A stretch of DNA of 64,000 nucleotides from Leucoraja erinacea (taxonomy: Eukaryota), in contig NC_073391.1 of assembly GCF_028641065.1 (NCBI RefSeq), forward strand, positions 34,162,001 through 34,226,000, read 5' to 3'. The notes under the pieces are model-generated. The model was not told the origin of the DNA and searched no databases. It saw only the letters and a list, made by a program, of their open reading frames with translations. Position numbers and translations under genes: made by a program. Shown here piece after piece: positions 11,540-24,077 of the stretch (the first letter of the stretch is position 1; each line of letters starts with the position of its first letter).

Positions 11540-12365
11540 TAAAGGATCTGGATGTAGTCCGCTGAAGAACTCTAAGCAGAGCATCACTCAGCACTATGAT
11601 GGTAGTGGACGTGCTAGTCGAGATGCTTTTAGAGTCAGTGCATCTTTGTATGTGTTGATGTTTTGGAGATCTCTGATGCTGGCTGGTTACGGTGTCCCTT
11701 GCTGTCTTGAAGAAAAACGAGTTAGAAAGTGCTAATGAAATGCCGTGCGGAATGAAATAATTTCCTTGTTGGTAGCTTCTGGTTGACATGCCTGTGGGTG
11801 CTTGGGTTAACTGGATGTGGTCCTCCATCATTAAATCAATAGTTGTATTCTTGATCTTGTGGAATTTTGTCAGTCTGATGAACCTGCGACGAGTAGTAGG
11901 TGGATGAAGTTTAAGGTCCTTTATCATGCTGGAGACTGGGCTCTGCCACTTGTAGTTGTTAGATATGAACCTTGCTGCTCTGATTTGTACTGCCTGGATC
12001 TTATTGATGTTCCCTTGAATGAAAGGATCCAACACAGAGCAGCAATATTCAACATGTGGACATACAAGGCTTTTATATGCTTGGATCTTGACTTAACTTC
12101 TTTGGGTGCATTTTGCAGATTGCAACCTAGAAAGCCGATGACACTGCTGGCTTTGGCTGATGCCCCTTCCACATGCTTGTTCCATTAAATGTTTTCAGAC
12201 AAAGTAACTCCTAAGTATTTATGACTAGAAACTGCCTGTAGCTGATGTCCAGAGAGTGTATAGGAATGATGGATTGATTTAGGTTTCGTAGTAAAAAGCA
12301 TGACATTACATTTTTCCGGTTTGAACATCATTTGCCATTTCTTCTCCCATTGCTCCAATGAGCGC
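11540..12365 (-). mobile_element. Degenerate CR1/L2-group LINE 3' fragment of a family distinct from the common CR1
   Basis: ..W.M.FNP.KC...HKYLGVT...L.WNKHV..; DPF..NI.KI.AVQ.RAARF..N.Y....VSSM..DL. Confidence 0.7.
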
Positions 12366-12688
12366 AGATCTTTTATTCCTCCAGATATTCTTCCACTCTT
12401 CTTCCCGGTTCCTGGTCTATGGGGTCTAGCAAGAGATGAGCCTTGGACAACTCCAGTCGGGTTCCTGGTTACATGGTGGGCGTGTAGGGCCTGCTGTCAA
12501 GGCATGGCCGTGGCTCGCAGGGCGCCTCTGCGGCTGGCTGGGAACTTCCAACCGGGAATCCCTCCAACACTTTGTGTGTTTTGCTCAAGATTCCAGCATC
12601 TGTAGTCTCTTGTACGTCATCTCTGCCACTTGTGTTGATTGTTACAATGGTTACTAACTCTGTTCCTGACTCCCCTGCAAACCCATAG

Positions 12689-12769
12689 GTAAGAGGAAAG
12701 TCCATTATGTATTTACCGATGGTGCAGAAATGGTGGAAGAATATGAAATTTCCAGCGATCAACTAAAGG
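12689..12769 (+). CDS. DPCD: DPCD exon 2 (KRKVHYVFTDGAEMVEEYEISSDQLK)
   Basis: Resembles human RRKVHYLFPDGKEMAEEY; catag|GT acceptor and G|gtaag donor; 81 nt. Confidence 0.95.
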
Positions 12770-12904
12770 GTAAGAATTACATGCGTCCACTGGCAACTTG
12801 TTCGTTTGGTATCATTATTTAGTATTTGTTTTTCAATTGTATTAATCGTGCTTATAGAGTAAATAGGGGTAGTATTGGGTGATCAGTTGCAATTAATACC
12901 CAGT

Positions 12905-13445
12905 GATAATGCGTACGTTATGCTTGCCTTCATTGGTCGGGGCACTGAGCATAAGTGGCAGGAATTCATGATATAGCTTTATAGGACTTTGATTAAGCCG
13001 CATTTCGAGTATTGCGTGCAGTTCCGCGTCGCCCCATAGCAGCAAGAATGGAAAGGGTGCAGAGGAGGTTTACGAGAATGATGGCTGAATTAGGGTATTA
13101 GTTAGCTACAGGGAGAGGTTGGACTGACTTGGAATATTTTCTCTGGCATGCCAGAGGTTCCAGGGAGACCTGATTGAAGTATATCAAATTATGAGAGGCA
13201 TAGATAGAGTAGATAGTCGGAACCTTTTTCTCAGAATGGAAAAATCAAATAGCAGACCGTGTAGTTTTAAGGTGAGAAGGGCAAAGTTTAAAGGAGATGA
13301 GCGCAATGTGTGGTGAGTGCCTGGAATGTGCTGCCGGGGGTGATGGTCGAGGCAGAAATGATAGTGGTGTCTAAGAGACCTATGGATGTGCAGGGAATGG
13401 AGGAACATGGATTATATGCAGGCATATATAAATTGGTCTTTGCAT
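12905..13445 (+). mobile_element. Degenerate CR1 LINE 3' fragment
   Basis: RPHFEYCVQF-like and GDLIEVYQIMRGIDRVD segments. Confidence 0.7.
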
Positions 13446-13498
13446 CATGTTTTTTAATGGTTCTCTTCGAATGTTTATTTTGAGACCTTTGCTTGTAG

Positions 13499-13623
13499 TC
13501 AGGAAGTGGAAGCAGAAGACCACACTGGGATCCCCTGGGCAGTGGCAATTCGAGGTGGGGGAAGCGTATTCTCGACCTGCAGGGACCTTGGAGCAGCAGC
13601 TGATACACGAGAGTGGCAGCAGT
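13499..13623 (+). CDS. DPCD: DPCD exon 3 (VRKWKQKTTLGSPGQWQFEVGE...LIHESGSS)
   Basis: Resembles human [21 protein letters not shown]; tgtag|TC acceptor and AGT|gtaagt donor; 125 nt. Confidence 0.95.
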
Positions 13624-13959
13624 GTAAGTATCTGGAGCAAGGGTTGTAAACAACTCTTAAAGTGCTCCGTATTCATCAGAGTGAGTACTGAACATACAGA
13701 AACGACTTGAGTTGGATTGGCTGATCATTTCTAGCCTCCATTGATTAAAAAAGACAAAATAACATAAGAAATAAAGGTGCAGAGGGATGTGGGTTAAATG
13801 CGGGCAAATGGGACTAGCATCTTGGGCATCTTGGTTGGCATGAAAGAATTGGGCCGAATAGCCTGTTCCTGTGCTGAATAACTCTAAAGTTATTCGGTTC
13901 CGTGAGTTTGTTTCACCATCTAAAAGTGTTTATGTCTATTGCCACACGTACTACAATAG

Positions 13960-14379
<420 letters not shown>

Positions 14380-14620
14380 TAATCAATCAAATTACAACAT
14401 TATCATCCCTATCCACGATGCACTGGATGTCCCATTTCCACCACCCCCCATGGCGACCAGCATTCACGGAAGGCCTCAAGTCCTCAGGGACACCGTGTGT
14501 TCCCTCTCCAGCACCATACAGACACGGGCGTGGGCCAATTAGTTTACTTTGCTGCTGTTACAATTCTACAACAACCCCATGCCCATGGTTCCTCTCCTCT
14601 TTCAGACGCCCATTGATGAT

Positions 14621-14934
14621 TAGTTTAGAGATACAGCATGGAAACAGGTCCTTTGGCCCACCTAGTTCATGCTGACCATTGATCAAGTTCACACTAGTTC
14701 TATGTTAACCCACTCCCTTCACATTAGAGACAATTTTCTTTTACAGAGGGCCAATAAACCTACAAATCCGCACGTCTTTGGAACGTGGGAGGAAACTAGA
14801 GCACCCGTAAGAAACCCACGCAGTCATAGGGAGAATGTGCAAACTCCACGCAGACAGCACCTGAGGTTAGGCTCGAACCCGGCTCTCTGGCGTTGTGAGG
14901 CAGCAGCTCTACCCGCTGCGCCACTGTGCCGCCC
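14621..14934 (-). mobile_element. Full-length V-SINE (HE1-like)
   Basis: tRNA-like head with A and B boxes, V-domain, CR1-like tail ...ctgtatctctaaacta. Confidence 0.85.
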
Positions 14935-16103
14935 ACATATGTAGGAAGCATCTGTGGAAGTTTGATCTGGTGGACGTGGACAGGGTAAACGGCAGAGTGT
15001 GAGTAACCTCGATGCTTCTTGTGCTAGACATTTATTTGCCTTCCAAATATATTGAATAAGTTGTTCTCCATAGCCTCCTGTGACAGGGAATTCCACAGGT
15101 TCACTATCACCTGATGAAATTCTGCGTGCCTCCATCCCAAATGTCATACCTTGTATCCTGAGATCAAACAAATCTCTTCTGCCTACATGTGATCTGTATC
15201 CATCCATTCCCTACATATCCATGTGCCTATGTAAATGCCTCTTTAAATGCAACTACCGTATCTTCCTCCTCCACCATCACTTGCAACACGTTCTAGGCAT
15301 CTACCACCCTCTGTGTCAAAAAAACCGTGCCCTGCACATCTTTACATTTTCCCACTTGGACCTTAAATCTATGCCCGGTTGTATTTTCCACCCTGGGAAT
15401 AAGGTTCTGAATGTCTACCCTATCTATGCCATTCATAATTTTATGTGGCATTATTATGTTTTCTCTCGCCCTCTGATGATCCCAGTTGGGTCCCTGGAAG
15501 GGGGGGATAAGGGTACTCCAGTTTCCTCCCACATCCCAAAGACGTGTGGGTTTGTAGGTTAATTACCCCTAATGTGTAGGGAGTGGATGAGAAAGTGGGA
15601 TAACATAGAACAAGTGATCGATGGTTGGCGTGGACTAGTGGGCTAAAGGGGCTGTTTCTGTGCTGTGTCTTTCAATTTAAAAAAAGTGATTAGACCTCAA
15701 AACCACTTGGTGTTTATATCAGAATCCCAGCATTCATTTGTGTTGATAGGGTAGATCTCTGGCTGCGGAGCTGGATAAACCCATGGCTGGTTTAGAGAGG
15801 GAGGCCATTCCCATTTGAGGACCAGGGTCGGGGGTTTGAGGGGATGAGAAGATGCATTGGGATATCCTGGGGGGAGTATCAGTACGTTCAGATTCAAGTT
15901 GTTTCTCTTTGTGTTAACACTGTCAACACGAGGCAGATATTAATAGGTCCTTGATTAGTAAGCATGTCAAAGGTTATGGGGAGAAGGCAGGAGAATGGTT
16001 GAGAATGGTTGAGAGGGAAAAATAGATCAGCCATGATTTGGGCCAAACAGCCTAATTCTGCTCCTAGGTCTTATAAATGCAAGTCTTCTGTTGTTGAGAG
16101 TGA

Positions 16104-16367
<264 letters not shown>

Positions 16368-17135
16368 TGATTTTTAAATCATTCAACGTCTGGATTTACA
16401 GAAGGAGTAGTGGCGAAAATAATCCAGGAGAGAATCTAAGGCCACAAATTCAGAACCGTGTCCAATTGTGGACAATTCAGGCCACGGGAGTGGAGGAAGA
16501 AAAGTGATTCTTTTCCCCCTTCTCCTTCCACCTTTATCCCATACTCTGACTTCAAATGTCATGCCTCTTGTATCCGTCGTATAGAAACCGGGAACAGCCG
16601 ATGGTGGTTAATACACAAAAGGACACCAAGTGCTGAAGTAACTCAGCAGGTCAGGCAGCATCTCTGGAGAAACTGGATAGGTGACGTTTTGGGTTGAGAC
16701 CTACTGAGTTACTTCAACACTCTGTGTTCTTTTGCCTTTTCTCTCCTTATCTCACGACCTTTTGGCTTTTCGTCTCTGGCTTTTGTCCAACCGTCAGCCC
16801 ATCAACCCCCTCAACTATATCCACCTATCACTCACCCGGCTTTGTCCTGCCCCCACCTCTCTTCCAGTATTCTCTCCCTTACTACACTCAGTCTGAAGAA
16901 TGGTCCTGACCCAAAACATCATCTATCCAATGCCTTCAAGAGATGCTCCCCGACCCAGAGTTACTACAGCGCTTTGTGTGTTTTTTGTAAACCAGCATCT
17001 GCATTTCCTTGTATCGACAAAGTGGTGGCGATGCGTGTGGTTGAGAGCGGAATGGTGTTAACACCTGAAGGGACGGGCTGGCTGGGTGGGTGCTGACTGT
17101 AAACGTGTTCACTGGATATTTTTCCCTCCCATCAG

Positions 17136-17240
17136 TATCAAAAGCCGACAGCAATCCTACAGCTGGAGCAGGAGGTGCAGCAGGAACTGAAGAAGATGAA
17201 GGTGGCAGAGGATGGAGATGTGCAGTGTAAAACGCAGTGA
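17136..17240 (+). CDS. DPCD: DPCD exon 6 (YQKPTAILQLEQEVQQELKKMKVAEDGDVQCKTQ*)
   Basis: Conserved C-terminus CKTQ*; atcag|TAT acceptor; total CDS 612 nt = 203 aa. Confidence 0.96.
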   Translation, partial: YQKPTAILQLEQEVQQELKKMKVAEDGDVQCKTQ

Positions 17241-17343
17241 TCCTCAGCACTGGTATCTGCCTCCACAGGCAACGCGTGGGGAGAAGGCACAAACCTGTGG
17301 TCGCACCAACTACTTCAAATCCACCTTGTATATTTAAAATCCC

Positions 17344-17349
17344 ATTAAA
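17344..17349 (+). terminator. Candidate DPCD polyadenylation signal (ATTAAA)
   Basis: Variant signal about 100 nt after the stop codon, followed by T-rich sequence. Confidence 0.5.
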
Positions 17350-17414
17350 GTTCTGCTAGTTTTTGAATATAGAATGTCTTCATTTTATGGTGGTCATAGT
17401 AAATTCTACCAACA

Positions 17415-17905
17415 TTTAGTTTATTGTCACATGTACAAAGGTACAGTGAAAAGCTTTTTGTTGCATGCTATCTGGTCAGAGGAAAGACTACATGATTACA
17501 ATTAAGCTGTCCGCAGTGTGCAGATACATGATAAAGGGAATAACGTTTAGTGCAAGGTAAAGTTTGATTTAAGATAGTCTGAGAAGCTCAGGACCGTTCT
17601 CTAGTTGTTGGTAGGATGGTTCAGTTGCCTGATAACAGCTGGGAAGAAACTGTTCCTGAACCTGGAGGTGTGCGTTTTTACACTTCTGTACCTCTTGCCT
17701 GATGGGAGAGGGGAGAAGAGGGAGTGGTGAGACTAGCCCTTGATTATGTTGGTGGCTTCGTTGAGGCAGCGTGAAATGTAAATGGGAGGGAGGTAGGTTT
17801 ATGTGATTATCCTGGCTGTGTCCACACTTCTCCGCAATTTCTTGCAGTCTTGGATGGAGCTGTTCCCAAACCAAGCTGTGATGCATCCCGATAAAATGCT
17901 TTCTA
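17415..17905 (-). mobile_element. Rex1/Babar-like LINE 3' fragment
   Basis: Same family as 9430-9835, plus the 3'UTR ending ...gtgacaataaacta. Confidence 0.7.
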
Positions 17906-18463
17906 CATTTGATATTGTCGTGACATTTGTTTCCCAAGCCCTCAAATCCCTTCATGGTGTCAAATCAGTCACTTGCTGGGATACCTCACTCCGTGTAGTA
18001 GCTCTCACAAAGAGTCAGTCATAAAATAGGGACACAGGTCCTTCAGCCCTCCGAGTCCATGGAGCAGAATGAGGCCATTAGACCAGCGATCACCTGTACA
18101 CTAGGGTTATCCTACACACTAGGACCTACAAATCTGTAGGTCTTTGGTCTATGGGAGAAAAACAGAGCACACGTAGGAAACCCATGCAGTCACGGGGAGA
18201 ACGTACAAACTCCATACAGACCTCATTGAACCCGGGTCTCTGGTGCTGTGAGACAGCGACTACCACTGCACACAGTTTGCATACTGTGGGCTAGTCCTAT
18301 TTAGCACATAGACCTCTAGACCTTTTCTATCCAAATGTCTTTCAAAAGTCATAATTGTATGTACTTCTGTACAAACCAGCTGTTACTTTAGCTTGCATTA
18401 CAACATGAGATAACTGATAGATAACTGATAGATCAGGCTGTATCGCTTGCAAATGCAAGGTTT

Positions 18464-18469
18464 TTTATT
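18464..18469 (-). terminator. Candidate FBXW4 polyadenylation signal (AATAAA)
   Basis: TTTATT on the + strand about 270 nt past the FBXW4 stop codon. Confidence 0.55.
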
Positions 18470-18736
18470 TTTTTTAAATTGCATTCAAACATCCGAACAC
18501 TGGTGCAGCCTTTAGCACCTTCCAACTACACAAATCCAGTTACAGATGATGCTTTGAGCAAATGGACAACCTCATTCACTAGTCATATAAAAGTTATTGC
18601 AAATAAAGAACACTCTATTTCATATATTAAAAAAAGCCACAGAAGGTGATTTTTAAAGACTGCAGAGCTGGAAGGGTGAAGGAGTGGTGTCTGTTCCAAA
18701 TGCATCATCTGCCAGTGTGCTGGGCGGACCTTGACT

Positions 18737-18919
18737 TCAGGTGCACCGTCCTGGATATGTCTCGGTTGGTGTCTGGGGCTCTTTACCTGGCAAGCCCCAA
18801 GGCTTGGACGATGTGAAGTCCAGTGTGTAAAGTGCATTGGCTAAGGCAGCATAGAGGTGGGAGGTAGTAAACCGGAGGCAGTACACGGGACTGCTGCTGG
18901 GGGAGGAGAGGAAGAACAT
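18737..18919 (-). CDS. FBXW4: FBXW4 (dactylin) last coding exon (MFFLSSPSSSPVYCLRFTTSHLYAALANALYTLDF...)
   Basis: Resembles human SSPVYCLRLTTKHLYAALSYNLHVLDF; ccaccag| acceptor, phase 0. Confidence 0.93.
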   Translation of the reverse strand: MFFLSSPSSSPVYCLRFTTSHLYAALANALYTLDFTSSKPWGLPGKEPQTPTETYPGRCT

Positions 18920-20204
18920 CTGGTGGAAGAGGAAACAACAACAGTTAGCTCGGAAACGTGCCTGCTCCGATTTGTGCCCAGTTTGTCATTTTTGATGGAT
19001 TGAAAGATAGAGCAAGAAGCTGTTCCTGCGTCTGGTGATGCGCACATTTCAAGTTTCTGTTCCTACAGCCGGATGGGAATGGGGAGAAGAAGCTGTGACC
19101 GGGGTGGGATAAGTTTAATTCAATTTAGTTCTGAGATACAGCATGGAAACAAGCTCCTCGGCCCACCAAGCCCACGCCGAACATCGATCAACTATTCACA
19201 CTGGTTTCTATGTTATCCCACTTTCTCATCCACCCCCTAAGGGTCAGGAAACATCACTGGAGAAAAGGAGCTGGTGACATTACGGGTCGTGTCCCTTCTT
19301 CAGACAGTCGGGAGAGAGAAACGAGAGATATGATAATGTCTCAAAGCCAGCAACGATGATCAAGGAATGGTAGAGCCTACAATGGTCCATTGTTGGCTGT
19401 GGGAAAGGTGATATGATTACTAGAGTGGGGGGTGGACGAAGAGAGAGGAGATGTAAGGGTTACTTTAAGTTAGAGATATCAATATTAATACTGATGGGCT
19501 GTAAGGTGTTCAAGCAAAATATGAGGTGCTGTTCCTCCAGTTTGCGTTTGGCAAAGGGAAAGGGAAGTTATGCTTTCAATGGTTCGAAACCCTGTCAGTG
19601 TCCCTTGCCTCAACAACTGATAATGTGAAGACAACCCTCAGAGAAGAGAGTAAGTTGACTCCTTTCCCGAGGATGCCAGTCGCCATTATCCACCCAAAAA
19701 CACATATTGTTGGTGCCAGGGTGGTTTTGTTGGGTATTGCTGCCTGGCCTGCAGCGGGAAGGATATGGGTCCAATTACCAGGTGTCTACAATGGGACTCC
19801 TCTAAGGGTCATCAGTGTGGAGCTGTGCTGGCTGGGAGCACGTGGGGGGGGGGGGGGGGGTTCCTGACCAAGCGCGGTCCTAAAAGATCTCGGCGGAGGA
19901 TGGTGTCTGGTCGGTGGGTGGGGACCACAATGGCTGAGAAGGCGGCAGCAGGGAGAGACTCCCAACCGTGGTGGATTCCATGCTGTTTAACCCAGGCCAG
20001 TCTCTGTCTGGGACCGTGTGATGGTTGTCCGTGCACCAGGCTCCCCACGGTAAAGACATCACCCATGGGCGTGCGCCTGGAGGGACAGAACGCCTGTGGC
20101 TTCAGGATCAGCCATCTCCAAATCCACAGACAGGACCCACCGGGACAATCGCACTCCGGGTGATCATGGATGATTTAGTCAAAACTCTGCCACACCCATC
20201 CTAC

Positions 20205-20346
20205 CTGGAGGCTCTTTGACTGCCTCCTGTCCCAGAGGCGGACCACCCCATAGTGCGAGGAGCCACTGGCGATCATGTAGTTCCCGTCGGTCTGCAGGCA
20301 GTAGAGAGCGCTGTCGTGGGGCTCCTCCCATTCCATCACACAGCGC
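20205..20346 (-). CDS. FBXW4: FBXW4 WD40 exon (RCVMEWEEPHDSALYCLQTDGNYMIASGSSHYGVVRLWDRRQSKSLQ)
   Basis: Near-identical to human KCVMEWEEPHDSTLYCLQTDGNH...GVVRLWDRRQ; 142 nt, GT-AG. Confidence 0.97.
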
Positions 20347-20730
20347 CTGTTACAGAAGGGGCAGGTTAGAACTGAGAATGCATCATTTGGGCAGCACCTT
20401 GGTGCAGCTGGCAGAGGTTTTTCTGGTGCGTGCTATCCAGTCAGTGAAATGACTACATGATTAAAAACAAGTCGTCCACAGTGTGCAAATACAGAATAAA
20501 TTGAATAATATAACCTTTAGTGCAAGATCTAGTCCTGTAAAGTCCCATTCAAAGGTGTCTAATGAGGTAGATGGTAACTCAGGGCTGCTCACTGGTTGAT
20601 GATAGGATGGCTCGGTTACCTGATAACAGCTGGGAAAAACTGTCCCTGAATCTGGGAGCTCCCCTTCTCTGGCGGCTCCTTCCATACACCCACCACCCTC
20701 TGAATGAAAGTTTTTATCTAGTCATTCATA

Positions 20731-20998
20731 TGGGGCGGCACTGCGGCGCAGCGGTAGAATTGCTGCCTCACAGCGCCAGTCCTGTATTCGATCCTGGGTG
20801 TGCAGCCTGTACGCGGTTTGTACGTCCTGTGACCGTGTGGGTTTCCTCCCTCACTCCAAAGACATGCATGCAAGTGTGTAGTCTAATTGGCTTCTGTAAA
20901 TTGTCCCCAGCGTGTAGGATAGTGCTCGTATATGGGGTGATCGCTGGCCGGTGTGAACGGTGGGCTCAAGGGCCTGTTTCAGCGCTGTATCTCTAAAG
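20731..20998 (+). mobile_element. V-SINE (HE1-like), degenerate
   Basis: Head gggcggcactgcggcgcagcggtag and tail ctgtatctctaaa. Confidence 0.75.
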
Positions 20999-21347
20999 TT
21001 GAAAAGTCTAAATCAGCCACCTCAGAGTGGGTGCGTTTGCAAGAGTATGAATCTCCCTGGCTATCCAGTAGATGGCAGCATTATCCCACAGGGAGAGAGG
21101 ATCACAGTGTGTACCACTACACGCTCTCTCATCACACAGGCCTGGGTTCCCTGCAGGTGAATCCCCCTGTCTCCCCAGAGCCTGTTTCTGTGCTGTATGA
21201 ATCCGTGACTGGCTGGGAAATGGCTTGGAGCATCTCATGGCCGTGGAGCAGACAAGCCCAAAGCACGACTCTTGTTTTTTGAAAGCGAGCGTGTGCAGAT
21301 AGAGGGAGCGGGGAGCGGTGCTCGGAGGCTGTAGAAGCTGGGCTTAC

Positions 21348-21488
21348 CTGGTGCCGGCCCGTGTGTCCCATTGCCTGATGTAGGAATCGTACCCGCAACT
21401 CAGCACGACCGAGGGGCTCTCGTACAAGATGTCCAGGACCCCGGCTCCCCTTCGGAAGTCTGACCCCAGGCTGCTCTCCAGATGGCCA
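21348..21488 (-). CDS. FBXW4: FBXW4 WD40 exon (GHLESSLGSDFRRGAGVLDILYESPSVVLSCGYDSYIRQWDTRAGTR)
   Basis: Resembles human LGSDFPPGAGVLDVMYESP..LSCGYDTYVRYWDLR; 141 nt, GT-AG, phases consistent. Confidence 0.96.
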
Positions 21489-21514
21489 CTGGAATGGATC
21501 AGATACACAGCATT

Positions 21515-22075
21515 GATTAAGATGTCATCAAGTTGGAAAGGGTGCAGAGAAGATTTACGAGGATGTTGCCAGTATTCGAGGGCCTAAGCTATAGGGAGAG
21601 GTTAGGCAAGCTAAGACTTTATTCCTTGGAGGATGGGGGGTGATCTTATAGAGGTGTACAAAATCATGAGAGGAATAGATCAGGTAAACACAGGTGTATA
21701 TATAAGGCAAATCAGGTACTCTATTACCCAGAGTATGGGGATTTGCAAACCAGAGGACATAGGTTTAAGGTGACGGGGGAAGATTTAATAGGAACCTGAG
21801 GGACAACGTTTTCACACAAAGGATGCTGGGTGTATGGAGCAAGTTGCAGGAGGAGGTGGGGTCTCGATCCGAAACGTCACCTATTCCTTCTCTCCGTAAA
21901 TGCTGCCTCACCCACTGAGTTTCTCCAGCATTTTTGTCTACTGCCAGAGGAGGTAGTTGAGACAGGTACTATTGTAAAATTTAAGAAACATTTTGACAGG
22001 TACATGGATAGGATAGGCTTAGAGGGATGTGCACCAAATGCAGGCAGATGAGACTAGTGTAGACGTGGCATGTTG
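21515..22075 (+). mobile_element. CR1 3' fragment interrupted by a short Penelope-derived insertion (~21858-21940)
   Basis: KLERVQRRFTRMLP motif; insert flanked by tgcaggaggaggt / tgccagaggaggt. Confidence 0.7.
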
Positions 22076-22609
22076 CTTTCTCTGTACTTTCACCCTATCT
22101 ATCCCCCCATGATTTTATACATCTCTATAAGATCACCCCTCAGCTTCCTGCACTCCAAGTTCTAATTTTCCCAACCTTTTCCTGCAGCTCAGGTCCTTTA
22201 GTTCTGGCAAAATCCTCATAAATCTTTTCTGCACTTTTTTCAGTTTATATCAGTGGCGTCAGACTTTGTTAAACTGCTTTTCGTTATTCCCAATATCACT
22301 GAGAAACAATCATAGAGCAGTACAGGATAGGAATGGGCCCTTCAGCTCACCGTGTCTATGCTGAACATGATGTTAAATTAATCTCCTTGCCTGCATGTAA
22401 TCCATATCCCTTCATGCCTTGTGTATCAGTCTGAAGAAGTGTCTCGACCTGAAACGTTACCCATTCCTTCTTTCTAGAGATGCTGCCTGTCCCGTTGAGA
22501 TACTGCAGCATTTTGTGTCTATCCCTGTGTATTCATGCGCCTGTCTAAAAGCCGCTTAAACACCACTGCCGTATCCTTTAGTCTCACCCGTGGTTGAGGG
22601 AAGACATTG

Positions 22610-23100
22610 TTTCAGTTTAGTTTACCATTTTTACATATACTGAGGTATAGTGAAAAGCTTTTTGTTGTGTGCTATCCAGTCAGCAAAAAGACTATACATG
22701 ATTACAATCAAGTCGCCCACAGTGTACAGATACAAAATAAAGAAAATAATGTTTAGTGCAAGATAAAGTCCAGCAAAGTCTGATTAAAGATAGTCCGAGG
22801 GTCTCCATGAGGTAGATGGTAGCTCAGGACTGTTTTCTAGTTGGTGATACGATGGTTTTGGTTGCCTGATAGCAGCTGGGAAGAAACTGTCCCTTAATTT
22901 GGAGATGTGCATTTGCACACTTCTGTATCTGTTGCCTGATGGGAGAGGGGAGAAGTGGGAGTGACCGGGGTGAGACTCGTTCTTGATTATGCTGGTGGCC
23001 TTGCCGAGGCAACGTGAAGTCAAAGGACGAGAGGTTGGTTTGTGTGATGGTCTGGGCTACGTCCACAGCTCTCTGTAATTTCTTGGATGGAGCTGTTCCA
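22610..23100 (-). mobile_element. Rex1/Babar-like LINE 3' fragment
   Basis: SRCLGKATSIIKNESHPGHSHFSPLPSGNRYRS...RDSFFP motif. Confidence 0.75.
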
Positions 23101-23780
23101 CAGGACAACGCTGACCGAAGTTTGCAAAACATTTTAAAGAGCAAGGCCGCAGCACACAGGCAAAAAAAAAAGAGAGCGGTGACTATTTTATTTGACTGAC
23201 CCGACATATCAGCGGGGTCAGACTTTATTAAGATGGAGACCACACCAAAAGTTGGAGTGGAGCAGAGAGAAAAGGCCAGGCAATGTTAAAATATAAATAA
23301 ACACCTTTGTCCGGGGGAAGGGTTTGCAAAAGGAGCTTATTAGTTGAGGCGAAGTGCTGGAGATCTAACACAGCGCCCCAATGCAGACGGAGCAGAGACT
23401 AACTACGCTGCTCTGATCACAGCTAATCACACACTGGGGGAGACCTGTCCCCACTCGCTTTCCAAAGAGAAGATTATTTAGAGTAACAATTTCTTTGTCA
23501 ATGTTCAATTCTCCCCTTGGCCGTGACTGGGCATGTCTACATTGCACCTCGATACCTTGCCCCTAGCAACCAGCCAAAGTAGCTCAGCCGGCCCTGGCAA
23601 CAGGCTCTTGTAAGCATCCCTTCACAAGCTTTATCGGCAAGTAGTTTGACTAATCCTTGACATTAACCTGCAGTGGAGTGTTATTGTGTTGCAAATTCTC
23701 CACGTTGGAGGTGACCCAAACCCACTGGAGTCAAGATTTTAACCCTTGCTGCACTGCCTCGCTCTCAAGGGCAGGGGAAT

Positions 23781-24077
23781 TTTAGTTTAGTTTAGAGATA
23801 CAGCGCAGAAACAGGCCCTTTGGCCCACCAAGTCCACGTCAACCAGCGATCCCCGCACACGAGCACTATACGGCACACACTAGGGACAATTTACAATTAT
23901 ACCAAGCTAATTAACCTACAAACCTGTAAGTCTTTGGAGTGTGGGAGGAAACCAGAGCTCCCAGAGTAAACTCAAGCAGGTCACGGGGAGAATGTACAAA
24001 CTCAGTCTAGTCAGTATCGAACCCGGGTCTCTGGCGCTGTAAGGCAGCAACTCTACCGCTGCACCACCGTTCCGCCT
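23781..24077 (-). mobile_element. Full-length V-SINE (HE1-like)
   Basis: tRNA-like head, V-domain, (ctaaa)n tail. Confidence 0.85.

Noticed and set aside
10998-12035. 345-aa minus-strand ORF
   Set aside because: Chance fusion of a LINE remnant with low-complexity purine/pyrimidine and CpG-island sequence, antisense to DPCD exon 1; not a gene
14860-14934. tRNA-like sequences with A and B boxes (also ~5520-5584, 24010-24077, 26035-26100)
   Set aside because: These are heads of tRNA-derived SINEs followed by the V-domain and tail, not tRNA genes
19600-20200. GC-richer intronic sequence with several overlapping short ORFs
   Set aside because: No recognisable protein motif or splice pattern fitting FBXW4; could not be assigned
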